Assembly (NCBI GenBank): GCA_050273025.1
Contig: CP158635.1
Span: forward strand, 3,658,001-3,722,000
Direction: 5' to 3'
DNA from: Cenococcum geophilum
Lineage: Eukaryota
Length of the DNA stretch: 64,000 bases
The position numbers were made by a program, and so were the translations under genes. Below the pieces are notes generated by a model, which worked only from the letters and a program-made list of their open reading frames with translations, made no database searches and was not told where the DNA came from. This document shows positions 1 to 13,779 of this stretch, piece after piece. The stretch's first letter is position 1, and each line of letters begins with the position of its first letter.

Positions 1-129
1 GTCGCGGATATAATAACTATAGCCCCTGCTCCGACTAACGGAATTAGGTTCTTTAGTATTACTATTCCACCCTACCTTTAGATAGCATCTAGTAAAGGAT
101 TCCGTACGGTAGGTATAGCTAAGAATTAT

Positions 130-1000
130 TACTACACGCATTATGCTAATTTATCGTCATGCATTTTGTATCTGCTTAGTATTACCTAATACTTAACCTT
201 TAGGAACGTATATATATAAGTCTAACGCTGCCGAATGCTATTAGATGTAAGGATAAGGTGCTAAGGTAAAAGATTTAGTTTCCTAAGCTAGATATAAATG
301 ACTACTATTAAGGGTCTATAATGGATAGATGCGGCCTTTACTTTAAAACATTCTCTACGCCTTTTTCTTTAATATAGTTCTCTAAGCCTTAGAGATTCCC
401 CTAAATTATAGTCTGTAATTTAATTAGAATAGATACCGTATAAGAAATATTAAACGTACTTAAAACGTATACACGTTAGAGTAGTTATACATTAATTTAA
501 GGAAAGTGGGTAAATAGATAATATCCCGTATTTATCGCCCTTTAGTTTTTCTATAAAGAGCACTAAGGAACTTCCGTTAAGACTTAGAAAAGGAATAAAT
601 TAAGGAGTAAGAGAGTTTATCTATAGTCTTCTTATCTAGGTGGATGCAGAGAATTTCACTTAATATTAAATTATTAAGTATTTAAGCGACTTGTTAGTAT
701 TTTAGGCGGTTAGGATTTCCTAGACCCGCACCCGCTATTTATTAGTCTTTTAGGCCTGTAGTGATTTGATCCCCCGATAGGCCGGTACTAGGATATAACT
801 TTAGGGGTTCCGTCTGCTGGCCTTATATACCCTTAAGTTGGTAAGTACTGGAACGCGAAGAAGTTTTAAGCCTAGTGGCTAATTTAGGACGACTTTCCAA
901 TGTAATTAAAGACCCCTTTTTTAGATCTATATCGGCGTATAATAAGGCACTTACTTTTAGGCCAGGGTCGGTAATTAATACACTATAGCTTAAATCTTAA
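130..1000 (-). pseudogene. RIP-degraded coding-like frame, unidentified cargo gene
   Basis: Long minus-strand frame interrupted by TAA/TAG (raw ...ILNNLILSEILCIHLDKKTIDKLSYSLIYSFSKS*RKFLSAL...); family not recognised, limits approximate. Confidence 0.35.
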
Positions 1001-1899
1001 TCCTAGCTGCTAGTGATGGTTATAAGAGGCTGCCAAATATACTAGTCTAAGACTAGTAGGGTCTAGCGAATTGCGGCTTAAAAGAGCGAGCTAATTATTA
1101 AAGAAGTAGCATCTATATTAAAGAATAAAGTGGCCGTAAATAGCTAGCAGAAATAGGGGAGACTAGGGAATGGTTTAAAAGGAGCGGTAAAAATAGTGAA
1201 GTTAAGGAAGTAACGAATAAAAGCTGTAGAAGAAGGCGATAAGGCAACCGGTAAAGTAGACGGTAAAGGCAATTATGCATCCCTAGCGTAATGGGGCGAA
1301 ATTAGCTTTATATATCACTTATCTCCATCCTATACCTTTAAGATTTAAAGCATTCTTAGGTTTATTAAGGCGTTTTAGCCTTTAATTCTTGCGGGACGTA
1401 TTATTACATTATTAAAAAGAAATTAACGGGAGCTTCTAGACTTTATAGTAGTGGGTAAGCTACATCTAATTAACCGGGGAGACGGCTACATATCCTTACT
1501 TTAATTAGCTATTTAGTTTTCTATTATAAATCTTTAAAGGAGTACGAGTTATAGTAGTAGAGTTTAGCATAGTATGGCATCTTAGGGGTAATAAGGTAAG
1601 GGGCTAATATACGCTAAGCTAAAATTGCAGGGGTATTATTGTTGCGATTATAATGATAATCCCCTACAACGTTTCCTACTTCTCTCACTCTTATACCCTA
1701 TTACCTTCTTTTTTTAGTTTAGTCAACCTATAGGATCATAAATGCCTCTCTGCTTTAGCAGTGTAGTAAAATAGATTTTAGCGCCACAGTAATTCTATTC
1801 CGTGGCCTTTCCCTTTTTAAGGCTAATTATTATCTACTATAGGATAGAGAAGCAGTCCTTCCTAGTGCACTGTTATAGCTCGCTCGCACTATCCGTCCT

Positions 1900-3500
1900 T
1901 ATTATACCGTAGGTTTACCTTCTATTACTCCTCTCCTAAGGGATACTTATAGATAATAGTTATTGTTAAATAAGATTGAGCTGTTTGCGCAATTCCTGCG
2001 CTCTACTAATAAAGGCGAAGCGGTAAAAGCCTGTAAAAGAGTGGTAGATAAAATTCTAGAGGCCTTACCCACCGACCATAGAGAGGCGCTTAGCTTAAAT
2101 AAAACCCTAACGGTTTTAGGCCCCTAGAATACCCTAGTAATCCTAAAAGCCGCGAAAGCCCTAAAAGCCGCGAAAGCCCTAAAAGCCTTAAAAGCCCTAA
2201 AAGCCCTAAAGGCCTTAATAACCCCTATAGATCTAGAGACCAGGAAAGCCATAGTTAAATTTATTTTATTATTCCGGATTCTTAAAAGATAAGGAACTCT
2301 ACCTCCTAATAGAAGCCTAGACCTACTTTATAGAGGAAACCCCGCCCCTAAAAAACGCTAGAATTTATCGCCGGCAGCTATAGAGTGACTGGTTATAGTT
2401 TATATAAAAATTCAGTCTCTAAATAATTGTAAATTAGAATAGTTCTTAAGCTTTATAATCCGGCTAAGGGCGGATTACTTAAGGCTTTTTAGGAACTATA
2501 TATTAAACCAGTAAGAGCTAATAACTGGGTAATAATTTATAACCTGGCTAATGTCCTTAACGTAGGCAAAAATATAGTTGGTTATAGGTTAATAAAGTCT
2601 ATTCTATCTAAGACGCTAGATAATAAGGTGGAGCGATTAAAGAAAAAAGGGTATAAGCCTAAAAAGGGCTAATAATTTAGAGCTTTAGTACGGGAGATGG
2701 CCTATTTATTAGGAGGAGAGCGCCTTAAACTAAATAATATTGCTAGCTAAAAATAGAGTTGTCTTAAACCTAGAGTACTTATTAGTCTCTATAACCTAGA
2801 TTTTAGTATAATATTAGTTTTTAATTACCTCTATTAAATTAATGACTAACCTATAATAGTATTAAAAGGTATATAGCACCTAAAGAATTTGATATATTTA
2901 TTGCTTAAATGGAAACACAACTATAATGCTAGAAATGGACGGAATTGTCTCCTTTAGCGAGGAACCTAAAGGATGCATATCTCTATCGTGCTAATACTAA
3001 CTCTATAAGTTAGCCCAAAGCCAGCAGCGCTATTTAAAGCCCTAGGGGTATAAAAAGATTAACTATTACTAAGTAGTCTAATACTAAACGTACTAGGCGC
3101 GAGTTATCTAAAATAAGCAGTCTATAAGCCGTCCCTAATAGGAGTTCCGATTAAATATTTCTAACGTCTTTAAGAGACTAATATAGCATAGCCAATCTTT
3201 ATTTAGACCCTCCTAAAATGCTATTACCTTTCGGATTTACCTTAATCCCTAAGATCTACTTATACCCTTTAGAAGTCCCTCTCAACCTAAGCTATTACTT
3301 AACCCCTAGAATGTCCTTCTCTTTTAAACTTACCTTAATTCCTTAAATCTACTTAGATCTACTATTAATTCCTTCTAATACAAACCTGGATTATTACTTA
3401 AATTTCAAAGTACCTCCCCCTTTTAAACCTCTATTAATTCCTAAAATCTATTTAGATCCTCTATTAATTCCTCTTAATTTAAATTCTAATCTCCAGCCAA
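1900..3500 (+). pseudogene. RIP-degraded unidentified cargo gene with low-complexity repeats
   Basis: 9-bp-period repeat at ~2,142-2,215 reads PKSRESPKSRESPKSLKSPKSPKG in frame; degenerate repeats at ~3,230-3,490; limits approximate. Confidence 0.3.
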
Positions 3501-5459
3501 TTACTTTACTAGCTACTATAGTAATAAATAACTAGCTCGATTTATATCCTACATTTCTATATATAGTAAGCCTTAACCTAAACCAGAATTCGTAATATAG
3601 CACTCCCCGTATATTTTAATATTATTCCTACTTTGCTTCCGGGAAACCTATGGCCTTAGACGGCTCCTATAAGGCTACGGCTGTATAGACCTATATAGAT
3701 ATATAAGCATATCCACCCCCCTTCCCTATAAAGTATTAAGGCGTATTATTAAGTGCGCCCATTATATTGCCGCTCTAAAGTTTAGGGTATTTATATTTTA
3801 TGGAAATCCTAAACCCTAGTAAACTGTTATCTGAACTTAGTAGGCTAAGTACTAATATTACTATAGCCTTTGCCGTGCTATCCCCGGGGTTCGCCTAGAT
3901 TTCCTTATTTATATTATTATAATATACTAGATATTGGTTTTTAACAAAGACCGCGTCTTTAGTAGTGCGGAGGATTTTAGTAGTATGCTGCCTAGCGACT
4001 TTCTAAATATTTTTTATTAGTATACTGCTAATCTACCTAGCGTTGGTAATACCTTAATGTATAGTAAAATATAAAGTGATGTTGTTTTACTGTCAGGTAT
4101 TTTATAGAAGGGGAAGTCCTCCTTTTAGGAGGATAAGGATTGGCTCTGTGCTAATAAAAAGGCGTATAAGTAATCTAAATATCTACTATCTATGCCAGAA
4201 GCTATCTATAGTGCGGATATAATAAGTTTAAGAAAGATGTAAGTAATGGACGCATTAGTGAATAGATATAAAGACCCTTTAAAGGGGCTGATTTTTCTTT
4301 AGCGGGGCCAATTTTTGGTAGGGCTGATTTCCGGTCAGGTAGGGCCTATATAATACCGCCTGTTCCTAAAAACCATCATCGCACTAATATACGCCTAAGT
4401 ATTAACGCGCCTTATAGAAGAGGTATGGGCGACTTATAGAAATTGTCTTAATATTTATAGGTGAAGAGGATGTGCTATATAGCGTATATAAATATATATC
4501 CTCTAGTTCTATATAAAGAGGCCACTAGACCTCCACTTCCGTTGTTATCCTTACCTAGTACTTTTACCTTAAGAATAACATTGTAATGAAGCTGCCGGAA
4601 ATTACAAAGGACGATTTAATTTTTAGACTAGATTGTCCTCCTATTTCTCCTTAAGATTTCCTATAGGGCTTTTATAAACCTAGTATAGATTATAATAGTA
4701 TTAAGGTAAAAGATACTACTTACCCTTTAGTTATATTAGTCTAATAGTTCTATAGGTTAAAGATATTTTTGCCCTCTGTTATATACGGCAGTACTAGTAA
4801 GATGGCTCGCACCTATATTACGGCGAATGTATCTTTTTAGGGATATTTAATTTTAATGGTTTAGTGGTTAAATATACGGTATTCTTAGGTGATCTTATAC
4901 TTATAAAAGGTGGGCTAGAAATAATTAAATAGGTAGAATATAAGGTAGAGGATAGGAATAATTGGCTTTAGATAAAAAAATACTCTATCTTCTTAAAAAT
5001 TCTTTAAATAGGTCTCCTTTGATGACTAACTTAAGCAAGTTAAGGTAAATATTATAAATAATATAGCTTTTTATATGTTAACAGTTTTATAGGTCTTAGA
5101 CATAATTAGTTTCCGCCTTACTTTAAGTGCTTCCCCCCTATATAAGAGACGGTTTACCCTACTTGGGATTTTTCTTTTAAATAGGTCGCAGAAGCTAGGC
5201 AAAGTGCTATTAGATGTAGTTAAAAGGATAGAAAATAGAGAGGAAGCCATAGAACGGGTAAAGCGTAAGCTGTAGCGTTGTAAGGACGAAGACTTAGCCG
5301 GGTAGATATTGTCTTTAAGTTTTACTTAGCTAATATAGGAGCTACCTTTATAAGGAGGATGTCTCTCTATTAATTTTGCTCCTATAATAATAAAGCCTAT
5401 ATGGTAGGCTAGAGCGCGGGCGAATTGCTTATAGATCTAGGAATAGGAGAATAGAAGCC

Positions 5460-5900
5460 ATAAGGCATTAGTTCCTGTAGGGGAGAGGAAAACATAGCTA
5501 TAGGCTCCTGTAGGGGACTAAAAGCTATATAGGAATGTAAGCTATAGGGGATTGGTTCCTATAGGGCGGTAGAATATATAGGTATTGGCACCTATAGGGG
5601 ATTTGTTAGCGTAGGGGATTTGTTAGTATAGGGGATTTATTAGAGTAGGGGACTAGCTCCTATAGGGGATTTGTTAGTATAGGGGATTTATTAGAGGAGG
5701 GGACTAGCTCCTATAGGGGATTTATTAGCGTAGGGGATTTATTAGAGTAGGGGACTAGATCCTATAGGGGATTTATTAAAGTAGGGGACTGGTTCCTATA
5801 GGGCGGCGAAATACGTGGGCATTGGCTCCCGTAGGGGATTTGTTTAAGTAGGGGACTTATTTAAGTAGGGGATTGGTTAGAGTAGGGGATTAATTCTCCT
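5460..5900. repeat. 17-bp-period minisatellite (TAGGGGATTTRTTAGNR / TAGGGGACTAGCTCCTA) with 3-unit higher order
   Basis: Directly visible tandem 17-mers from ~5,595 to ~5,898, more degenerate copies to the left. Confidence 0.9.
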
Positions 5901-6159
5901 ACGGCCTCTATTTAGGCGGTATAAGGCGGCTCCTAATAGGCTAGCAAGTGGATTGTGTATTTTGTGGAAAAATAAAGCCTATATAGGATGGTAGGGTATA
6001 GGGACCTAATAATCTGGCGGAAGATTGGGTTATCCGCTTTTCTGGGTTTATTTAGCCTACTCTACGCTATTTTATATGCGTTTTAACTAAGGCTGCTACC
6101 TAGCCTTAGCCGCCCAAATCTTTAGTTGTGCTGTGGAAGAGTATAAGATAATAAAATAT

Positions 6160-8554
6160 TATTCTATCTACTCTGCTAATACCTTTAGATCCTTCTATAC
6201 TTGTTAAAGTATCTTCTTTATCCTAGAATATAGCTCTAGATTATCCTTCTCCTACCTCCTACTATTTGGAAATACTACTTTTTAGAGCCTATTAACCTAG
6301 GGGACTAATAACTAATAGTACGGCGTAAAGTACTCCTCCGCTGTTTTAATGAAATCACCTTTATAAGCTACCTCTCCTTTTTTTTTTTAACTTAGCTAGC
6401 TCTTTAGTGTCTATATAATTCCACTTCTTAAACCTTAGGATAGGCTTGCGCTCCTTATTTAGACCCTCGTAATAAATATACATCTAGAAAAGCACCTAGA
6501 AGAACGACTCTAAATTATACCTAAAGGAGTGTTTCTTACCTAAAAGCACTCCTATAGCTATAAACGCTCTCGTACTAGTCTTGCCCCGTACTCCCAAAGG
6601 TCCTTCTCGCTTCTCTTTAATCGCGAGATTAAGATTAATTAAGAATGACTTCTAGGAGGGATTGTTGTCTTCCTCGTTTATTAAGAGGTTGCCTATTAAA
6701 ATGTTATGTTAGAGGATACTAGCCTACGTATATAAAGACTTATATTCTTTAATGCTACCCTTTAGTGTAGTAAGCATTGTAGCCGGAGAGCTTGCCTTAT
6801 AAAGAGCCTTTTTATAGTCGTAAGTGATAACGCGTTAATGCACCCAATTCTATATAATAGGGCGCTTAATCGGAGAGCTTAAATATGGGCGCTTATTAGG
6901 CGGTAACGGGGCGTTAGTATAGCTAGATGACCTCTTTCTACTAATACTTTAGCCTTTCCTTATACTACCTTGTACTCTAGCTACACTTAGAGGTACTATT
7001 AAGCTTTTAGGCTTATAGTTTGTTGCTTTGGTAATATCTAGCCCCTTATGGATATTAAAGATGTTATTATCTTGTCCACTTATATAAATAGTCCTATAGT
7101 AATAGTACCTAGCCACGTTAATTACTCCTTTCTCTGCTGCCTTATATAGCAGTTTGCCTTCTTCCTTGCGCTCTAGGTACTGCTACGAGTCTTTAATAAC
7201 GAGAGGTATCTTAGAGGTATTACCCTTATAGTGCGCTTTCTAGTAAGTTGTTGCCTGACTAGTAATATAGGGTGCCCGCTTTATAAGTTTGTTAAGGATA
7301 AGACGCTTAGTCTAATTATTGCGTATGACCTTAATATATTGTTTGCCGTCTAATGTTAAAATAGTAGGGTTAAACCCAAGCTGCTTTTTATTTATTAAGA
7401 GAAACCCTAATATTACCGAGGTAAATTATAGTCCGTCTTTATTAATATCGAATAGTAATAATGTAATGCCTCCTACCTGGTTATATTCCTATAGCTATAT
7501 AATAGATCTATAGAGGGTAAAACCTAAGATAAAGTGACGATTGTCCTAAGTAGTGAAGACTTTTCTTACGTATTTCCCTAAAGCAAACCATGCCTGTGAG
7601 GCTATATTGGTGTTTAGATTACTCTTTAGTTTTCTTGGTATAAGTATATATAACTAATAGCATTAAGAGCTTTCGCTAGCTATTGGATTATCTATAAAAC
7701 TAATATCTAGCTTTTGCTTCGCCGTAGACCCTTATAAGGGCTGCTTAGTGTATGTGATAAGCTTTTGTTATATCTTTAGGGCGGACCTATACTTCTTTGT
7801 AAAGCCTAAAAATAATTTAATTAGGTTATTAAACCACTTTAGGATATTATCTTGCTCTGCGCTTTTAGGCTAGTTACGCTAGCCGCCCTTATTAGTGTAT
7901 AGTGGATTATCCCCTTCCTTATATTTCTTGAAAACGGTAGCGCTTGCCTCTTTAAGACCTTCCACTCCCCTAAAGAATGCTTTGTATAAGCTAGAAATCC
8001 CTATATAAAGAGGGCCTAGCTTCTCCTTTAAAACATTATTTACGTATTTCCTATGTTTGGACGAGTTAGCGAAGCTGCTTGTGTTGCGTAGATATAGGGT
8101 TTAAATATAGAATGGTAGCGGTCGGGGGGGAGGCGTAGATTTTGTGATAGTAGTGTATACCTTTTCCTAAATAACTTTATTAGATTTAATCCGGAGGATC
8201 GTATTTAGAAGAGGCAGGAACCGTTTAATGTTAAAGTTATTGGAATTAACTACTAAATTAAGTCTTAACAGATTACTAAGGAGGTTTTTATTGCCGCTAT
8301 TGGACGGTAATAAATAAGAAGTAGGAAGGCTCTATAGAGTAAGTATTAGATTAAGCAAAATATCCTTTAGTCCTATAGGCGTTAGATAAAAACTTATAAT
8401 AGGTCTATTAATAGTTACCTTTATTACCTATTTAGTGTAACGAGTTTAAAGAGCTAGGGATGCCCAGATCCTAATAAGTTAAGTTAAATAAATTGTAAAA
8501 GTTATTTAGCCCTTCCCTAATAGGCTTTGTTTTTAATCTAAAAAGATTTGCTAT
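6160..8554 (-). pseudogene. FunK1 fungal-type protein kinase (Pkinase_fungal), RIP-inactivated
   Basis: Raw minus translation ~6,840-6,300: H*RVITYDYKKALYKASS...SIL*HNILIGNLLINEE...FLINLNLAI...GKTSTRAFIAIGVLLGKKHSFRYNLESFF*VLF*MYIYY, matching FunK1 motifs RDISIGN, LIDLDLA, TGTRAFMA, HDLESFFWV after G>A/C>T reversal. Ends approximate. Confidence 0.9.
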
Positions 8555-11500
8555 TATAGGTAGGCGCGCTAAGAGCTATATTAGGAGGGCTAATGTAGTA
8601 GGTAGGTAGGCAGGCGGGGGGGGATTAAAGAGACCAGTATATAAGGATGGTATAATGATAGAGAAGTAAATAAGTATAGGGAGGTTGAATATATATTGGG
8701 CGCGTCTTAAAATAAGGAAATAGTAAGAGAGGAAAGTATAAGGGAGAAAGTAAGGTGCAAGCGGAACGTGAGGAGGATTTAAAGGTTAGGTGTGGAAAAG
8801 TTAAGCTAATTTAACGTGGCTTAGACTAAGGCTTTATGGGGCTTAGTTAAATACTAAGCTATAATAACCTAAAGTATAGGAACATTGTTTGCAGTCCTAG
8901 TTATATAGGTTAAAAATATAGTGCGTATATAGGGTTCTAGTATTATTAGAAAGTTATAGGCAGCATTTATTAGTAATTGTGGTTATTAGCTTTTAGTTTA
9001 TTCTGCGACGCGTAAGGCTCTAATATAGTAACGCTAAAAGGCGCTAGGCAAGGTATAGCTGGCGATAGCGGGTTAATTATTGGGTTAGTTATATAAGCAC
9101 CTATAATTAATTATGTAGCTGGTCCTAAAACGAGCTAAACCTAATATGCTAAATATAGATATAGCCAACCCTATTTTATAGCGCTTAATTAACCTATTTC
9201 CTGTAACTAAGATCTAGTTCTTAGAACTAGATCCTTTTTTAGAATCGCGCCCTTTTTACAGCAGTTAATTGGTCTACTTCGTAAACCTGAATTAGAATCT
9301 TGGTTTTAGAATTAGATTCTATTCCCGGAATTATAACTTAAGCTATAACTAAAAATAGCTCCTTTCTTCTAAGACCGTTAAACCGCTTAGCTTAACGCTA
9401 TACCTTTTTAGCTATATTTAGTACGTTTGGCTTAGAATTGGGATAGAATAAAGTCTTTAGAATTAGATCTAGTTCTTAAAATAAGATCCTATTTTTAGAG
9501 TTATAACTTAGGCCAATATTAAAAGAGATATCCTATATTTATTCTCAATATTTCCACCTTATTAATATAAAATTTAGAGTTAACTCGTACCCTAGTTACC
9601 TATAAAAACGCTAGAAACTTTAATACCTTAACTTTAATTCTTTATGGAGGACCAAGTGAGTTATAGGGCGGCTGACTTATTGCTATTAAGCATATAAAGG
9701 TAGAGGACTTTACTATAAGCGAGTTCTTAACTTTAATTTAATATATATGCAAATAATAATAAGATACTCTTAATATAGAAGCAACTAGATAGAAAAATAA
9801 TGCCAAGCTAAAGAAATTCTAATTGGTGCCTTAATTCTTAACGCTAGAAAATAAGAACGTAATTATGAAAATCTTTTCTTATAAGAAATTTCTTATTTCT
9901 TTAGCTTCTTAGAGGCTCTATCTATAGTGTAATCTACCTTTCTTTTACGTGTCCCTCTCCTTAATAGATCTAAATAATTATTTAGCGCCTCTTTTAGTTG
10001 GTCTCTTTGCTTATATAGTTTACCCTTTTAAGCTATCTCTATTATAATATCTTTAAGCGGTTTATATATCCTAGTATAATAATAGAGGTAATGTGGGTTT
10101 TTAGTATAGTATAATATAAGTTTCTTATGCGGTATACCCGCGGGTAAAACCCAGGTAGGATACTAGCATACTACTATAATAGGACTATATATAAATACAA
10201 CTAATCTATATCTAGGGTTTTGGAGACGCTTTAAGTCCTCTATTATATAGTAAGTTAGCAACCATAATAAGAGATACTTTAGTTGTCTATCTAAAATTAT
10301 AGCATTAGAAATTATTAATACTTTAGTTAGGGGAGATATATCTCTAAAGAAGTTTGTATAATTAGCTAAACTATTCTCTACTTAACTATTAGTATTACTA
10401 AAAAATATATAGGTGTTTTATAAATATACTTAGAGGTACTAGTAAACCTTTAATATGGCCCTCTTTTAGTTAAGGTAAGTCTATTTTAGCCTCGCTATAG
10501 CTCTTTATTAGCTTAAGTAAGACTGTTTTAGTTTTGCTACGGCCTTCTAGGCTCTTAAGGTAATTAGCGTATATTTCTATATCCTCTTATATATTACCCT
10601 CCGTATTATTATTAATTCCATAAGAGTTAACCTTATTAGGTATTTAAGTAGGTATATAAGGTATCTATTTCTATATAGGGTCGGAAAGCTATAATTATTT
10701 CTTCTCCCTACTAGCAGATGTTATGTCTTTATTATTAATGTAATTTTAGGATAATTTAAGGTTTCTAGTAAGTTAATAAATAGGTATATTGTTTTCGGGG
10801 CGATAGTATATTGTAATATTTTTATAAGTACTAATTAAGGACCTATAGGTTATATTAGCAACGTATCTAAGCTTAGTTAAGGTAATATATATAATATCTG
10901 GTATTCTTATAGGGATATTAAGGGATATATGGTTAAGAGGTTAAATTTAAAGATAAGTTAAATTAATAGCATATAAAAACTAGGAGCATAATATTTATAT
11001 TCTATTTCTCTTCTAGGGCAGAGTTAGGATAGAAGGTAAAAGGGAAAGGCGGAGTATACTAGCCGCCCTTTTCTACTTTATATGGTGTTTGTGGTATAAT
11101 ATTTAGTGGCTATAATTACTCTTAGCTTATATATTGTCTGCGCCTGAGATTATAGGTGCCTAGAGTAATTTATAAGTGAGGCATTATTAGGGGTAGCTAT
11201 TAGCTAAGCTGCTGCTAAACTTAAATAGCTAACAATCCCTAACGGACGCCGTATACCTTAGTAGGGTTTAGAAGCGTTCGCATAAAGTTATAAACTAGAA
11301 TTAGAAGTTAATAATAACCCCTAATAACGCCTCTCTTAGCAGGAATAGTATTATATAATTTACTTTTAACGCCTATCCTTTCTGGGGCAAGACACTGCCT
11401 AAGTAGTAGACTTATCCTAGCTAGTTAATCTTATATATTAACCCCCCATCTGTGGTAAAGGAGCTATTAGTACCTTTAGGGTGGTTTAATTACTATTCTA

Positions 11501-12599
11501 GCTAAGCCCTTTATAAGCGCTCCGCCTTATATAGGCGGTAATTAACTCCTATTAATCTGCCTTGTGTTAGGGGAGATCTTTTACTTAAAGCGCTAAGCAG
11601 CCGGTACTTAGAGGTTTATAGGCTTATTCTATATTCTAATAATATTAACTATAATTTCTCCTTAAGTGGTATCCGTAACCCTAAGTACCTATAAGCGTAG
11701 CGTCCCTAAATTATTAGCTAGTGAGTAGGCGTTTATAGATAGAGAAACCGACTTTAGAGATAACGGCAATATAGAGGCGTTAGCTAGTTGGGAAAGTAAC
11801 TTTAGTAATAAGGATTAAGAATAGAATGCAGAGATATTATATAACGGAGAAAATAGTTTTAGTACTAAAGATTAAGAAATAGGGGTAAATAGTAATAAAG
11901 AGATGTCGAGCGACGAGGCTATATAGGCGACGGTTGGATATAGTGGCCTTAGTTTTATAGTCTTAAATCTATAAGTATAGGGTATAAATATAAAGAAGAT
12001 TTCTAATAAAAGCTAGTAAAAGGGTTAAAACTTTGGCTACTTTTTGTTTAGCCTATCGCGAAATAAAATAATATTTTACTATTCCTACCAAAGTCTCTAC
12101 CCGCTTGACTTATAGCGAGCTATAAAGTATTTGCGATAATTTATGCTTTTACTTAGATAAATTTATTTACTACCTTAAAAGTAATAATAGAAGGAAAATC
12201 TATGCTAATGACCTAGGATTTTTTAAATTTCTTATGGACCTGGGACGCATACTACCTTAGTAACTATTAGTCGTGTTTAAGACTACGGTACTTATAGATT
12301 TATATCTTAAGGATATAAATATATTTTTTTTATAGTGTTTTCTTTTTATTTAAATTATTTCTCTGGTTATGGTATATAGTGGTTATTTATCTATTCCGGT
12401 ATAGTAGGGAGGGGTAATTAGGTTACGCGAGAGGGGTTAGACTTATAGCTACGCTTATAGGGCTGTTTATATAGGAACTTCTCTAAGTATATATAAGGGG
12501 TCTTTATATAGGAACTTCTTTAATATTTCTAGATCTAGGACTTATATATTTCTTTTTTTTTTATAGTTCTAGTATTTTCCTAATATTTACTTCCTATTT

Positions 12600-13220
12600 A
12601 TATACTAGGCGTTAATAGAGGGCGCTAGGTCAGATTACCCTACTTATACAATCACTCTATTTATATAATTACTCTACTTATACAATCGCCTAGCTTGTAC
12701 GATTACCTAGCTTATATAATTACCCAGCTCGCATAATCACCTAGTTTACATGATCGCCTAGCTCGTATAATTACCTAGCTTATAGGATTGCCTAGCTTTT
12801 ATAAGCATTATGCTTATATAGTCACCTAGCTCGCACAATTACCTAGCTTATAGGATTGGCCAGCTCCTATGAGCATCTAGCTCGCACAATTACCTAGTTC
12901 GCACGATTGCCTAGCTTATATAATTACTTAGCTTATAGAATTGCCCAGCTTCTATAAGCACTATATTTATATAATCACCTAGCTTGTAGGATTAGCCAGC
13001 TCCTATAAGTATTTAGCTCGTATAATTAAAGCCGAAGTTATTAAACCTATTAATACCCTATTTACACACTAGGCATTAATTAGAGGGCGCTAAGTTAGAC
13101 TATTTTACTTATACGATTACCTAGCTTATAGGATCCCCTAGCTCCTACGAGCCCCTAGCTCCTATAAGCCCCTAGCTTTTATAAGCCCCTAGCTTCTATA
13201 ACCTCCTAGCTTATAAGACT
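12600..13220. repeat. 17-bp-period minisatellite (ATYRCCTAGCTYRYRYA-like) in two blocks
   Basis: Tandem units such as attacctagcttatata, atcacctagtttacatg, agcccctagctcctata; a shared leader (ctaggcRttaat...agagggcgcta) precedes each block at ~12,605 and ~13,069. Confidence 0.88.
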
Positions 13221-13779
13221 AAAGCTATAGCTACTAAATCCGTTAAGATCTTTACTACACGTACGTTAGAGCAGGCACTTATAATATTATTAGGTCAGTA
13301 TAGGGGTATATATAAAAGATAGGCCGGTATATAGGATGTATTAGCATATAGCTAGGGAAAAAGTAGAATAGTGAAATTGGCGGGCTGGTACGCAGGAATA
13401 TAATACTATTTAACTTTGCTTAATATGGCTTAGAGGAGTGTAGAGCCTTAACCTAAGCTATAGGAATATGTTCTTTAACTAAGCCTCTATTATATAACCA
13501 CTAACTACTTCTAGGCGCTGCGGCTGTATACCCCGCCACTTACCCTTCTTAGAACTTTAGAAGTTATACTAGTCCTTAGTTAAGCGACTAACGTTTAAAG
13601 CTCTAACTAACTAGCTAAATCCGTCGCAGATTAGATAAAGCTAATAATGACTTCTTAATGCATATATAGAGGCTCTAGAGCTATATTTAATAAAGTAGAG
13701 TTCTTATTCTTAATCGTCCTATTTAACACCAAATTACTCCCTTAAATATTACTTAAGATATAGTTAAAACTAGAGAAAT

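Noticed and set aside
5460..5900. CRISPR-like regular array
   Set aside because: Eukaryotic context, contiguous 17-bp units without unique spacers, no cas genes.
7319..7513. 64-aa ORF (and similar short ORFs at 14,289, 14,597, 21,194, 22,234)
   Set aside because: Antisense or off-frame chance ORFs within RIP-degraded genes and TEs; Ile/Leu/Tyr bias reflects RIP.
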